Assembly (NCBI GenBank): GCA_964463925.1
Contig: CAYXDV010000001.1
Location: 12,276-76,275, forward strand
DNA: 64,000 bases
Direction of reading: 5' to 3'
Source: an uncultured Gammaproteobacteria bacterium
GTDB taxonomy: Bacteria; Patescibacteriota; Microgenomatia; UBA12405
Positions 53,905 to 63,083 of this stretch are shown piece by piece. Below the pieces are notes generated by a model. It was not told the DNA's origin and made no database searches. It worked only from the letters and a program-made list of their open reading frames with translations. Every line of letters begins with the position of its first letter. Position 1 is the stretch's first letter. Position numbers and translations under genes: made by a program.

Positions 53905-54218
53905 TTCTTGCCCCCGGCATCAAGCCTCTGGGTTTCCGCCTCAGCGACGGCATTTATGCCGTCGGTGTCCAGACTTTTGACCATTAGTGCTCCAACCCCG
54001 CTGCCTCGGCTCTCCGCCGAGCTTTTCCCCACCTTGGCTTTGAAGGCCGTATGGGAATTGACGAGCACAAATGCGGCGCCGATTAGCCCGAAAATTATCG
54101 TGGCTATCACTAGACTCCCAATTACTGCTTGGGCGATGGGGTCTAGCTGAGGAAATACCAGACCTAATGTAATGACGATTACCATTATGGCAATCGTTTT
54201 AGCAGTGTTGCTGTTCAT
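53901..54218 (-). CDS. small membrane protein (2-3 TM)
   Basis: Begins MNSNTAKTIAIMVIVITLGLVF.... The ATG overlaps the upstream TGA (ATGA). The ORF-track N-terminal extension to 54542 is the Arg-rich antisense of the neighbouring gene and is rejected. Confidence 0.55.
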   Translation of the reverse strand: MNSNTAKTIAIMVIVITLGLVFPQLDPIAQAVIGSLVIATIIFGLIGAAFVLVNSHTAFKAKVGKSSAESRGSGVGALMVKSLDTDGINAVAEAETQRLDAGGKK

Positions 54219-54742
54219 TGTTTTGCTCCTTTTTTCAATTCTTTTTTGGTGTCCGGCCTTGGCCGGACACCTTTGCCCTTGGTTTCCACGCTGGTCTCGC
54301 CAATCTGCACTCGCGAGTATGAGCTGCTCTTGGAGAGCACCCATACCATTAGAGTCAGGACAAATAAGAACCCCTCGCCGGCGAAGATCGCCAGGCAGAG
54401 AGGCTCTTTGGTCAGTAGGTAGGCGACGAGCAGTAGTGCGTTGAAACCGAAGAATCCCATTCCCAGGATTCCGACCCAGGAATGGGAGGTGGCGTGCTGG
54501 ACTGTGCTTCCAGCACCCACCTGTCCGGTGCAGGTGGGGCAAATTCTTTTTCGCGGGAAGAACCTTTCATCGTCTACCCACGGATCGGGTACACTATATG
54601 TATGGCGACATTTTTCACATGTCGCCATTACAGTTTTGTTTTGGTATTTGCGCCTCAATGCCGACTTTCGATTCCCGTCTATCACCCAGACGAAGAATGC
54701 TACGGCAAGGAAAGTGCCCACAGACCCGACAATGTCATTCAT
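54215..54742 (-). CDS. membrane protein with a cytoplasmic zinc-ribbon (CxxC-x23-CxxC)
   Basis: N-terminal TM, then ATCEKCRHTYSVPDPW...RICPTCTG, then 2-3 more TM helices and a Lys-rich tail. Confidence 0.6.
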   Translation of the reverse strand: MNDIVGSVGTFLAVAFFVWVIDGNRKSALRRKYQNKTVMATCEKCRHTYSVPDPWVDDERFFPRKRICPTCTGQVGAGSTVQHATSHSWVGILGMGFFGFNALLLVAYLLTKEPLCLAIFAGEGFLFVLTLMVWVLSKSSSYSRVQIGETSVETKGKGVRPRPDTKKELKKGAKQ

Positions 54743-55080
54743 TGGGTGCCTCCTGTGAAGAAAGTTTGGAAAAACGGTAGCCAGAACAGACTTATGTCTG
54801 CCATGGTGCTTAGGGATGTTTTTCCACTTCTAAATAGTGTGGATAGTATGGTGTCAGCTATTGTTAGTGCAATAGTTGCTATCCAGAAAAAGAAAACATA
54901 GTTACCATATCCACTTATTTGGATTGTTGGCATAAACGGTATGATGTTTCCCTTGTTTTCCATTCTCCACCAAAGCGATAGAAGAATCCAAACAATCATA
55001 CCTATCCTATAAGCCCAGACTGACCTCCAATCTTTAGGATTGTTTTTTGGGGTTATGTCTCTATCCATGTTTCCTCTCAC
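54739..55080 (-). CDS. small membrane protein (3 TM)
   Basis: 113 aa. It overlaps the upstream SPFH gene's 3' end by 20 nt and the downstream gene by 4 nt. Confidence 0.5.
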   Translation of the reverse strand: MRGNMDRDITPKNNPKDWRSVWAYRIGMIVWILLSLWWRMENKGNIIPFMPTIQISGYGNYVFFFWIATIALTIADTILSTLFRSGKTSLSTMADISLFWLPFFQTFFTGGTQ

Positions 55081-55864
55081 TTATTAGTTCATCAATTACG
55101 TGCTGTTCTAATGCCCTTCTTGTGATTTGTTGTCCACCTTCACCGATAAAGGTTACAATTGGTTGTCTTTTGCCTCTGCGTTGTGCCATTTGCGATCTGA
55201 CCGCCAAATCCACCCACCTTATGACGTGGTCTGAATTTCCACCCATCTTACTAAAAGTATCGCCAAGAGCTTTAGCCCTGAAAGCTTCTTGCCCTGCTAG
55301 TGTTCTGGCTGCAAGTTCATCTTTTAGTTCATCTTCGGGCTCTATGTCCGTTAGTTGAATTGCTTCCATTTGCACACCTATAGAGGACGTCTTGTTCGCG
55401 AATGGTTTTAGGTCTGTGGGCGTGATATTTACTCCTTGACCTTCAAGGAAGTCTTTTTCTGCTATTAGAGATCTGACTACATCTCTAGGAGCTTTAGTTA
55501 TTCCAGAGAATAGAGTTTCGTCTTCGACAAGGGCGTATCTCCACTCGTACCTTGGATCGTCTGGAACTGTATAAAATGCAATTCCTGCTACTTTAACGGT
55601 GAAGCCATCTTTGGTTACAGCATTTCCCTTGAATTCTGCATCGAATGCGACTACTGGCACTTGACGTTTTCCTCCAGGTTTTTCAAGAAGAGGAATAAAG
55701 AAATGCACTCCCCCAGGGCCAACCATACGATTTGGGGTCCCTAGTCTTAGGATTGCTATTCTAGTGTCTGGAGGTGCCATTATCCAGACTAACCCATTTC
55801 CCAAAAATAGCACCAGCAGTCCAAATACCACTAGCACTATTGGAAAAAGAATTTCACTGTTCAT
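55061..55864 (-). CDS. SPFH/band-7 (stomatin/prohibitin-like) membrane protein, second copy in the window
   Basis: N-terminal TM then ...VPVVAFDAEFKGNAVTKDGFTVKVAGIAFYTVPDDP... SPFH core and a coiled C-terminus. GC about 52%. Confidence 0.75.
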   Translation of the reverse strand: MNSEILFPIVLVVFGLLVLFLGNGLVWIMAPPDTRIAILRLGTPNRMVGPGGVHFFIPLLEKPGGKRQVPVVAFDAEFKGNAVTKDGFTVKVAGIAFYTVPDDPRYEWRYALVEDETLFSGITKAPRDVVRSLIAEKDFLEGQGVNITPTDLKPFANKTSSIGVQMEAIQLTDIEPEDELKDELAARTLAGQEAFRAKALGDTFSKMGGNSDHVIRWVDLAVRSQMAQRRGKRQPIVTFIGEGGQQITRRALEQHVIDELISERKHG

Positions 55865-55879
55865 GTTGTTTCTCCTGTT

Positions 55880-56548
55880 TTAGAAATGTCGTGGTGGGAG
55901 TTTCCCGTCACTCTTCTTTTGTGGATTTTTGATTGTGGCAACAGGTTTGTTGTTAACCAAAGGCAGGTGTTGGGCCATTTTTGCCTTTAATAAACTTGTC
56001 GCCAGTTCCCTGGTATCACTGTCCACACCCTCTTCAGCCAGCTCGGTAAGTGCCTCAATTAGCTCGGGTGTTAGCCTGAGCTCTTGATCGTCGCCACCAA
56101 CCCCTTCGAGCTCTGTGACGACCCTTACCGCCGGATTTTTTGCTGCCCTTTTTTGTTGGGGCTGGACTGGTTCATCAGTAGCGGGAGCATCCTCTTCTTT
56201 CGACCCTTCTGGCTTCCTGAAAAAGCTCAGAATCACCAAACCCACAATTAGCACTCCGGCCACGCCTGCCCCAACAATTGGGTTTTCGGTGGCAGAGTAT
56301 GCGGCCAACCCGGCCGCCAAGGCGAGCACCATCTTGTTAAGGATGGTGTTTTTAAAAAGCAAGTAGATGGCCTGAAAGAGACCACCACTTACTAACGAGA
56401 AGCTCATTTGTGCTTCTGGAAAAATCCTAAAAGTTTCATTTAGCGTTGGAAACGCTACGAATCCAATTAGGCTTCCCACGAGCCATGGACCAATGATTTT
56501 GAATAGCCATTTTGGGACTCCGTCCCTGATGGCCTGACGGGTATTCAT
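55880..56548 (-). CDS. membrane protein (4 TM) with an acidic C-terminal domain
   Basis: First gene of the minus-strand operon; 222 aa; no OB/NfeD-like signature seen. Confidence 0.5.
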   Translation of the reverse strand: MNTRQAIRDGVPKWLFKIIGPWLVGSLIGFVAFPTLNETFRIFPEAQMSFSLVSGGLFQAIYLLFKNTILNKMVLALAAGLAAYSATENPIVGAGVAGVLIVGLVILSFFRKPEGSKEEDAPATDEPVQPQQKRAAKNPAVRVVTELEGVGGDDQELRLTPELIEALTELAEEGVDSDTRELATSLLKAKMAQHLPLVNNKPVATIKNPQKKSDGKLPPRHF

Positions 56549-56623
56549 TTTTTCTCCTTTTGGCCATTGGGGCAGGGCCCCTTTGGTACTATTTTGGTAC
56601 TATTATGATGATTGGTTGTTTTT

Positions 56624-56836
56624 GGTTTACACCAAGCAGGGGATAAGAGGGGAGGTTATCCGCTAGTTGGTGTAAACCAAATAGGAGTTTTCGTTTGTCT
56701 ACAACTGAATGTTAAAGAACATAGTGGCTTTGTTTAGGCGCTATGCCTAATTAAAGTCACTTACGTTTCCGTTTGCGTAGATACGCAAACAGGCCCAAAG
56801 TCTAGTTGCAGATGCAGTAGAACTTGAGCCTGTTTG
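56624..56836. promoter_or_regulatory. inverted-repeat-rich non-coding region upstream of the membrane operon
   Basis: GGTTTACACCAA...TTGGTGTAAACC (12-bp IR, 56624-56678); GTTTGCGTA-gat-ACGCAAAC (56771-56790); CAAACAGGC...GCCTGTTTG (56786-56836); direct repeat GGTACTATT x2 (about 56586-56603). Confidence 0.45.
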
Positions 56837-56933
56837 CATGGATGATTATACCCTATAATAACCAAAATTGCAAGTTGTGGTCAACAGACTTGAGAAGCTT
56901 GACACAGAAAACCCGAGGATTATAATATAGGTT

Positions 56934-57188
56934 ATGGGTAAAGATAAAATTGGTGGTGCTGTTGCTGCCTGTTTGGTATTTGGATTATTGGAGTTAGGAT
57001 CGCCTGGAGGACCATTGTTGCCAACTATTAGGAAGGTATTATGTGGTCCTATTCCTACTCAAAATTGTGGTAACTTGTCCAGAACTGTGGCAGAGGGACT
57101 AGATGCCGTGATTGCCTATTTTACTGGTGGAGTTATAGTAAGAAGGGCAATAGGACAGTCGAGTGGTGAGGGAGAAAAAAAGCACTAA
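56934..57188 (+). CDS. hypothetical small membrane protein
   Basis: 84-aa ORF with one hydrophobic segment; weak. Confidence 0.3.
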   Translation: MGKDKIGGAVAACLVFGLLELGSPGGPLLPTIRKVLCGPIPTQNCGNLSRTVAEGLDAVIAYFTGGVIVRRAIGQSSGEGEKKH

Positions 57189-57256
57189 TTGGCTCGTCGT
57201 GTTATAATCCCTAGTTAATTTTATTTATTTAACTTTAGCCGGGAGTTTCCTGGACT

Positions 57257-58171
57257 TTGTCCAAACCGGTGATAAAAAAGGAAAATATGAAAAAAGTGAG
57301 TAATAAAGTAATTGATTTGAGGGAAGATAAGGATAAATCGAAATTAGTGATGAAGGACAAGAAGGAAGCAGTAGCCGAGAAGAACGAAGAGATTTTACAA
57401 AAAAAGAGTAAAAAAGTATTGGCAGGGGCAGTAACTAAAAAAGAAGTAGCAAAAACAAAAGTAGAAGATGTGGCGGAAACCAAAGAAGATGCTTATGAAC
57501 TGGGAATTGGACTTGAAGAAATGCTAAAAGCCGGTTGCCATTTGGGCCACAAAATTTCTAAAACCAACCCTAAAGTAACTGACTATTTGTATGGTAAAAA
57601 AGATGGAATTGCGGTAGTGGATTTGCCTAAAAGCTATGCTGATTTGCAAAAAGCCTGCGCTTTTGTGCACCAATTAGCCAAAGAAGGTAAAACTATTTTA
57701 TTTTTGGGTACAAAAAGATCGGCTAGAGAAGTAGTTCGACGAGTGGCAGGAGAATGTGGAATGCCTTTTGTGAGTAATCGCTGGCCAGGTGGAGCTATTT
57801 CTAACTGGGAGCAAATAAGAAAATCCATAAAATCAATGAATGAGACGGCTAGTAGATTAGAAAAAGGAGTAGAGGGGGCAACTAAAAAAGAGATTTCTGT
57901 AATGAGAAAAAATTTAGTTAGAACTCAGACTATGTTTGGGGGAATGTCTAAAGTAGAAAAAATGTTTGATGCAATGTTTGTAGTAGATATTACCCATGAA
58001 AAAACTGCCTTAAAAGAGGCAAAACTACACAAAATACCCATAGTGGCTTTGGTAGATACCGATAGTAATCCAGGTTTAGTTGACTATCCAATTGTGGTTA
58101 ACGATGACTCGGTTAAATCAGTAACCCTGATTGTAGAAGAAGTTGGCAGAGCAATTGCTAACAAAAAATAA
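57257..58171 (+). CDS. rpsB: 30S ribosomal protein S2 with a Lys/Glu-rich N-terminal extension
   Basis: ...MLKAGCHLGHKISKTNPKVTDYLYGKKDGIAVVDLPKSYADLQKA... is the S2 core, preceded by about an 80-aa charged extension. Confidence 0.9.
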   Translation: MSKPVIKKENMKKVSNKVIDLREDKDKSKLVMKDKKEAVAEKNEEILQKKSKKVLAGAVTKKEVAKTKVEDVAETKEDAYELGIGLEEMLKAGCHLGHKISKTNPKVTDYLYGKKDGIAVVDLPKSYADLQKACAFVHQLAKEGKTILFLGTKRSAREVVRRVAGECGMPFVSNRWPGGAISNWEQIRKSIKSMNETASRLEKGVEGATKKEISVMRKNLVRTQTMFGGMSKVEKMFDAMFVVDITHEKTALKEAKLHKIPIVALVDTDSNPGLVDYPIVVNDDSVKSVTLIVEEVGRAIANKK

Positions 58172-58196
58172 GTTTTTATAATTTAGATTAAAAAAT

Positions 58197-58655
58197 ATGG
58201 ACGTAAAAAAACTATTAGAACTAACAAAAAAAATTAGGGAAGAGACTGGCTATGGAATAATGGATATCAAAAAGGCATTAGAAGAAACTGAAGGCGATGA
58301 AACAAAGACTTTGGAAATTTTGAAAGCTAAGGGTGTACTAGCTGCTGCTAAGCGCGCCGAGCGAGAAACTAAACAAGGATTGGTGGTATCTTATAACCAT
58401 TTTACTGGAAAGATGGGCGCAATGGTAGAGCTTTTGTGTGAAACTGATTTTGTGGCCCAAAATCCAGAGTTTATGGCGCTTGCCAAAGAGCTGGTGTCAC
58501 ACGTAGCAGCAGTTGCTCCTGAATCTCCAGAAGTTATGTTGGAGCAAGAATTTGTAAAGGATCCAACTAAAAAGATCAAAGACATGATAACTGAATTAAC
58601 TGGAAAATTGGGTGAAAATATACGCCTTGGAAGAATTGCCAGATTAGAGATTTGA
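58197..58655 (+). CDS. tsf: elongation factor Ts (short form)
   Basis: N-terminal UBA-like region (…IREETGYGIMDIKKALEETEGDETKTLEILKAKG…) and the dimerisation core; 152 aa. Confidence 0.85.
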   Translation: MDVKKLLELTKKIREETGYGIMDIKKALEETEGDETKTLEILKAKGVLAAAKRAERETKQGLVVSYNHFTGKMGAMVELLCETDFVAQNPEFMALAKELVSHVAAVAPESPEVMLEQEFVKDPTKKIKDMITELTGKLGENIRLGRIARLEI

Positions 58656-58663
58656 TCTTGGTA

Positions 58664-58699
58664 AAGTAACATGTTAGTATGAAGTAACATGTTACTAAG
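58664..58699. promoter_or_regulatory. tandem palindromic operator-like sites (GTAACATGTTAG / GTAACATGTTAC) upstream of vapB
   Basis: GTAACATGTTAC is a perfect 12-bp palindrome. An almost identical copy lies 8 nt upstream. Both overlap the start of the RHH antitoxin gene. Confidence 0.5.
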
Positions 58700-58952
58700 T
58701 CACCGCACCAATGTATTGCTAGATACGGAGTTGTACGGTATTTTGCGCGAGCAAAGTAAAAAGACAGGTAAAAGTGTGGGGCAGATTTTGAGAGAAGCTG
58801 CTTTGAAGCAATATGTTAAGAAAAAGAATAAAATTGCAGATAACCCCAAGTTGTTGACATCATTTAGAAAAATTAGAAGGCAAATAAAAGAGTTAGGTGG
58901 CGGCATGACACTTGAAGAAATTTTAAAATATCGAGATGATGGTAGGCGCTAA
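58689..58952 (+). CDS. vapB: antitoxin (RHH/VapB-like)
   Basis: VLLDTELYGILREQSKKTGKSVGQILREAALKQYV is an RHH fold. Its 3' end overlaps the PIN gene by 17 nt. Confidence 0.6.
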   Translation: MLLSHRTNVLLDTELYGILREQSKKTGKSVGQILREAALKQYVKKKNKIADNPKLLTSFRKIRRQIKELGGGMTLEEILKYRDDGRR

Positions 58953-59340
58953 AGTAGTAGTGGATGTTTCGTTTGTGGCGGCGATGATTTTTGAGGTAGA
59001 AAAGCCGGGCTCTGATTTTGAGTCCTTGATTCTGGCTAAAACATTGATGCTAACACCGAGTTTATTTTGGTATGAATTCGGAAATGTATCCTTAAATAAA
59101 TTGAAAAAGGACCCGAATTTTGAGTCTAGATTAAAAATCGGACTAGAGTTTTTAATGAAAATGGATATTAGAACTACAGATTTTGACCAGATTCAAAGGA
59201 ATGAAGTACTAAAGTTGGCGATAAAATATAACCTAACTTATTACGATGCCTCTTATTTATATATGGCTCTAGCCAATCAGTGTAAGCTTTTGACCTTGGA
59301 CTCAAGATTGATTAACGCTTATAATCAGTCTATATGCTAA
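58936..59340 (+). CDS. vapC: PIN-domain toxin (VapC)
   Basis: VVDVSFVAAMIF...; ...YYDASYLYMALANQCKLLTLDSRL is the PIN Asp pattern. Confidence 0.75.
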   Translation: MMVGAKVVVDVSFVAAMIFEVEKPGSDFESLILAKTLMLTPSLFWYEFGNVSLNKLKKDPNFESRLKIGLEFLMKMDIRTTDFDQIQRNEVLKLAIKYNLTYYDASYLYMALANQCKLLTLDSRLINAYNQSIC

Positions 59341-59882
59341 ATCAAAATGAACTGAAATCAAAAATGGACAAAACCGTGGTAATTTTTGGCGAAGATATTG
59401 CCACTATTCGTACTGGTAGAGCTACACCGGCTTTGATTGAAAATTTACAGGTGACAGCCTATGGCCAAAAGATGCGATTGATTGAATTGGGTTCGATTGG
59501 AATTTTAGATGTACGGACTTTGACTTTTAGTCCGTGGGATATGGCCCTAATACGAGAAATAAGTAATGGAATTTTGAGTGCCGCTGTGGGCTTAACCCCA
59601 GTAGTTGATGGAGAAATGATTAGAATGGCCCTACCAATGCTGACTACCGAACAACGGGAAGACTTTGTAAAGCTTTTGGGCAGGAAATTGGAAGGGGCTA
59701 GGGGAATATTGCGAGATATTAGGGCAAATTTTAGAAAAGATTTGATGAATGCCAAGCAAGCAAAAACCATTTCTGAAGATGAGTTTAAAAAAGATGAAGA
59801 TAACCTACAAAAGATTACGGATGAATACATGAAAAAATTAGAAGAAATGGCTGGGAAAAAAGAACTGGAGATTAGAGGCTAA
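59334..59882 (+). CDS. frr: ribosome recycling factor
   Basis: RRF motifs (…IRTGRATPALIENLQV…, …RNIRRDA-like region); 182 aa. Confidence 0.9.
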   Translation: MLNQNELKSKMDKTVVIFGEDIATIRTGRATPALIENLQVTAYGQKMRLIELGSIGILDVRTLTFSPWDMALIREISNGILSAAVGLTPVVDGEMIRMALPMLTTEQREDFVKLLGRKLEGARGILRDIRANFRKDLMNAKQAKTISEDEFKKDEDNLQKITDEYMKKLEEMAGKKELEIRG

Positions 59883-59914
59883 AACTAAAAGATGGGAATG
59901 CTATACTGTTTTCT

Positions 59915-60994
59915 ATGCTAGATGTAATAATATTTTTTGTTTCGCTGTCTATTTTGGTAATTATCCACGAATTTGGGCATTTTTTTGCGGCAAAAAAAGT
60001 GGGAATTAAAGTGGAAGAATTTGGTTTGGGCATTCCTCCTAGAGCTATTGGGAAAAAAATAGGGGAGACTTTGTGGTCATTAAACTGGTTGCCAATTGGT
60101 GGTTTTGTGCGAATGTATGGAGAGGATCCAAATGTAGCTGGGGCAGCAGCCAAGAAAATGGGTGACAGAGCATTTATTAATAAAAAACCCTGGCAGAAAT
60201 TTATTGTAGTGATTGGCGGAGTGGTAATGAATTTGCTTTTGGCAGTATTGATTTTTAGCGTGGTTTATAAAATTACTGGAGTGCCGATGGATACTGGTCG
60301 AGTAGAAATTATTGGAGTGGCTCCAAAATCGCCTGCAGAGGCGGCTGGCTTAAAGGAAGGTTATGTGGTGATGAAGGTAGGTCAGGTTGCTGTGTTCAAA
60401 TCAAGTGAACTAATAGCCGAAGTGGCAAAGTACAAAGGGTTGGTGGTGGATTTGTATATTGAAAAACCAATAACTGGCGAGAAAGAGACAGTAAAAGCTA
60501 CAGTGAGGTCTAACCCGCCTGCCGGGGAAGGGGCTTTGGGAATTGCGGTTAGCAATACCAAAACTGAACAGATTGCTTGGTGGCAGATTTACAAGGGGGT
60601 TGGGGCTGGGTTTGAAGAAGCCTACCATTGGGCTGGGGTAATTTTGTCGGGATTAAAACAAATGGTGGTTGACGTAATGGCTGGGAAAAAACCGACTGAT
60701 GTAGCTGGTCCAATTGGTATGTATCAGGCGACAAGTAGTATTAGACAAAATCAGGGGATGTTGGCATTGTTGCATTTTTTTGGGATAATATCGGTGAATT
60801 TGGCTGTGATGAACATATTGCCGTTTCCAGCACTAGATGGCGGGCGGATGGTATTTGTGATTTGGGAGTGGGTTACCGGACGTAGACCTGATCCAATTTG
60901 GGAAGGAAGACTGCACCAGGCGGGAATGTTTATTTTGCTGGCATTAATTGCTGTGGTGGCAGTAGGAGATGTGCTAAGAATTTTGGGGAAATAG
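59915..60994 (+). CDS. rseP: RseP-like site-2 protease (M50 with a PDZ domain)
   Basis: HEFGHF is an HExxH motif; central PDZ-like region; C-terminal ...ILPFPALDGG... LDG motif. Confidence 0.85.
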   Translation: MLDVIIFFVSLSILVIIHEFGHFFAAKKVGIKVEEFGLGIPPRAIGKKIGETLWSLNWLPIGGFVRMYGEDPNVAGAAAKKMGDRAFINKKPWQKFIVVIGGVVMNLLLAVLIFSVVYKITGVPMDTGRVEIIGVAPKSPAEAAGLKEGYVVMKVGQVAVFKSSELIAEVAKYKGLVVDLYIEKPITGEKETVKATVRSNPPAGEGALGIAVSNTKTEQIAWWQIYKGVGAGFEEAYHWAGVILSGLKQMVVDVMAGKKPTDVAGPIGMYQATSSIRQNQGMLALLHFFGIISVNLAVMNILPFPALDGGRMVFVIWEWVTGRRPDPIWEGRLHQAGMFILLALIAVVAVGDVLRILGK

Positions 60995-61081
60995 AGCGGG
61001 TATTTTGACAAGAAATGAGAAAAAAGCTATAATTTTAGATACCCTCTCAAGGTGGCCACACGAAAGTCTGACCACCTTTTT

Positions 61082-61579
61082 TTATTTTTGTAGTAAGCTC
61101 TTCAATCGAAGTAAGTCAATGAAATCGCTACCAAAGAGTTTTTTTAAATCAAGAGCACAGGTTTGTGGATTTGAAAAAAGCTTTGTATTTTTCTTCTGAT
61201 TTCGAAGAAATTCAAAAAGATGATAATAATCTCCATCTCCAGTAAATAATAAAATTGAGTTGTAGGAATTAAAATTCTTCATAACTTCGAAAGTCATAAA
61301 GGAATCTATGTCAGCCTTTTTCTTTCCATTGGAAAACTGCTTAACGTTTACTAATTTAAGTTCATAACCTAACTTTTCGAGCACTTTGTAAAATGACTCC
61401 TGTTTTTTATTTTCAGTGTCCCGGCCGCCAAAATAAAATATTTTGGATACTTGGTATTTTTCCTTTAGATAGTTTTTTAGTTTTTTAAAATCTAGCTGCC
61501 AAGAGGAAGATTTTAAGCTGTAAATGATATTACTTGCATCGATATAAGCTTGAGTAGTCACATTGATTAATGGTAGCAA
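61082..61579 (-). CDS. NYN/LabA-like (PIN-related) domain protein
   Basis: AYIDASN... N-terminal acidic motif and ...LLFTGDGDY... are characteristic of NYN/LabA. Confidence 0.65.
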   Translation of the reverse strand: MLPLINVTTQAYIDASNIIYSLKSSSWQLDFKKLKNYLKEKYQVSKIFYFGGRDTENKKQESFYKVLEKLGYELKLVNVKQFSNGKKKADIDSFMTFEVMKNFNSYNSILLFTGDGDYYHLFEFLRNQKKNTKLFSNPQTCALDLKKLFGSDFIDLLRLKSLLQK

Positions 61580-61582
61580 AAG

Positions 61583-62971
61583 TTAGGGTTGCTTGGTCAG
61601 TTCTAAAAGAAGGGCGGTATTTGGTTCCATGAGAATTGTTTGTTCTAAATAAGTACCTCTGGAGTTTAAAACTTGAGTCGAGGTTTGGCCAAACAAATGG
61701 CTGGTTTTTAATTCATAGCTTCCTGGGATTAACTGCCTGAAAGTAAGCGGAACGGCTTGGGTGTATTCTCCTCTGGGGTCATAATTAACCAACAAAAGTT
61801 GGATGACTCCGAAGTTTGTTATTGTTGCCTGAGCTGTAACATAATTTCCTTGGCCCGAGATGGCAAGTTTTTGACCTGAAAGTTGGTTGATAAACTGAAT
61901 TGCCTGATAGCGAGGTTTGGGCTTGGAGCCAAATAGGGGATTGGTAAGTAAACCCCAGCCACTGCTGCCGTTACTTCTTTTAGTGGGTCCATCGACTAAT
62001 TCAAAATTAAAAATTCTATGTACTTTTCCAGATAATTGGTTGATTGTTGCCAAAGTGTGAATGGCAGAGGTTTGGTTGTCGTAAGCAAGATCAGGTTCAC
62101 TGTTAATACCAATTTCTGTAATTAAGCGTTCTAAATCCGAGTATTGTGGATAGCTTGCCAGAATAGAATTTAGTTTATCTAAATTTTTTTCAAAGTCTTG
62201 GGGATCTTTGGCATAATGATGCCAAGAAATAAAATCGATTGGTAGGTTATTTTTTTGACAAAAAGATAATAACGAAGTCATCCAAGCTGAATAAAAATTT
62301 GTTGTTGCTGGACCGCCGATAAAATGAGGAACTTTGCCGGCACCTCGAGCTACAGCCTGGCTAGTTATCTGATACATTTTTAGGTAGTTAGGAGATTTTG
62401 CATAGTGCCAATGCCCGAACAAATCTGGTTCGTTGCCAACTTCGTAATAAATGTTGGCAATGCCCAAATCTTGACTGTAGTGTTTGGCCGTGGCTTCTAC
62501 AAGGCTTGACCACTGATCCCAAGAATTTGGCTCACTATTTACTTGCCCGTCTACTGATAAATTGGCTGGAACATAAGATAAGGAAAACATAGGTATGGCA
62601 CCTGCTGCTTGAATGGATTTGATAGAAGAATCCAGCTTTTCAAAGTTAAAATTATTTGGACCCTGATAAACGTTAAAGTAGTCAAACAAGTGATCAAGAC
62701 GAATTATTTGTGGATGCAGAGCTTTAACTTGCGGCAGAACTGGCAAAAGCATGTCGCGTGGTTCTTCGCCACCTTGGGAAAAGTTTTGCCAGAGACTGGT
62801 AGATAGGGGACCTTGAGTAGTTTGGGTATCAACTGATAAATTAGCTGGAATAACTTGGGCAGAAGAACGCAAATCGAAGACTTGTTTAGCAGCAAAAACC
62901 GTAGCTGGGAGAAGGGAGGCGAGCAGTAAAGTTTTGGTAAAACGACTGTGTAAAAAAGTTGATATGGACAT
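61583..62971 (-). CDS. secreted glycoside hydrolase (GH5/GH39-like clan GH-A)
   Basis: Signal peptide from the internal Met (MSISTFLHSRFTKTLLLASLLPATVFA). Catalytic acid/base YYEVGNEPD and nucleophile ITEIG motifs. The ORF-track start at 63082 would abut the divergent gene by 1 nt. Confidence 0.6.
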   Translation of the reverse strand: MSISTFLHSRFTKTLLLASLLPATVFAAKQVFDLRSSAQVIPANLSVDTQTTQGPLSTSLWQNFSQGGEEPRDMLLPVLPQVKALHPQIIRLDHLFDYFNVYQGPNNFNFEKLDSSIKSIQAAGAIPMFSLSYVPANLSVDGQVNSEPNSWDQWSSLVEATAKHYSQDLGIANIYYEVGNEPDLFGHWHYAKSPNYLKMYQITSQAVARGAGKVPHFIGGPATTNFYSAWMTSLLSFCQKNNLPIDFISWHHYAKDPQDFEKNLDKLNSILASYPQYSDLERLITEIGINSEPDLAYDNQTSAIHTLATINQLSGKVHRIFNFELVDGPTKRSNGSSGWGLLTNPLFGSKPKPRYQAIQFINQLSGQKLAISGQGNYVTAQATITNFGVIQLLLVNYDPRGEYTQAVPLTFRQLIPGSYELKTSHLFGQTSTQVLNSRGTYLEQTILMEPNTALLLELTKQP

Positions 62972-63083
62972 GTTACTGATACAGGTTAGCAAAAAAGAAG
63001 ATGAATAGTCTAGAGTTGTACTTGATATATATAGATCTATTGCACGATGACTTTTGATCTGGTTGAATTGATGTATAAACACT

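Noticed and set aside
54219-54542. N-terminal 108-codon extension of ORF 53901-54542
   Set aside because: Arg-rich antisense translation of the 54215-54742 gene. The real gene starts at the internal ATG (54218) that overlaps the upstream TGA.
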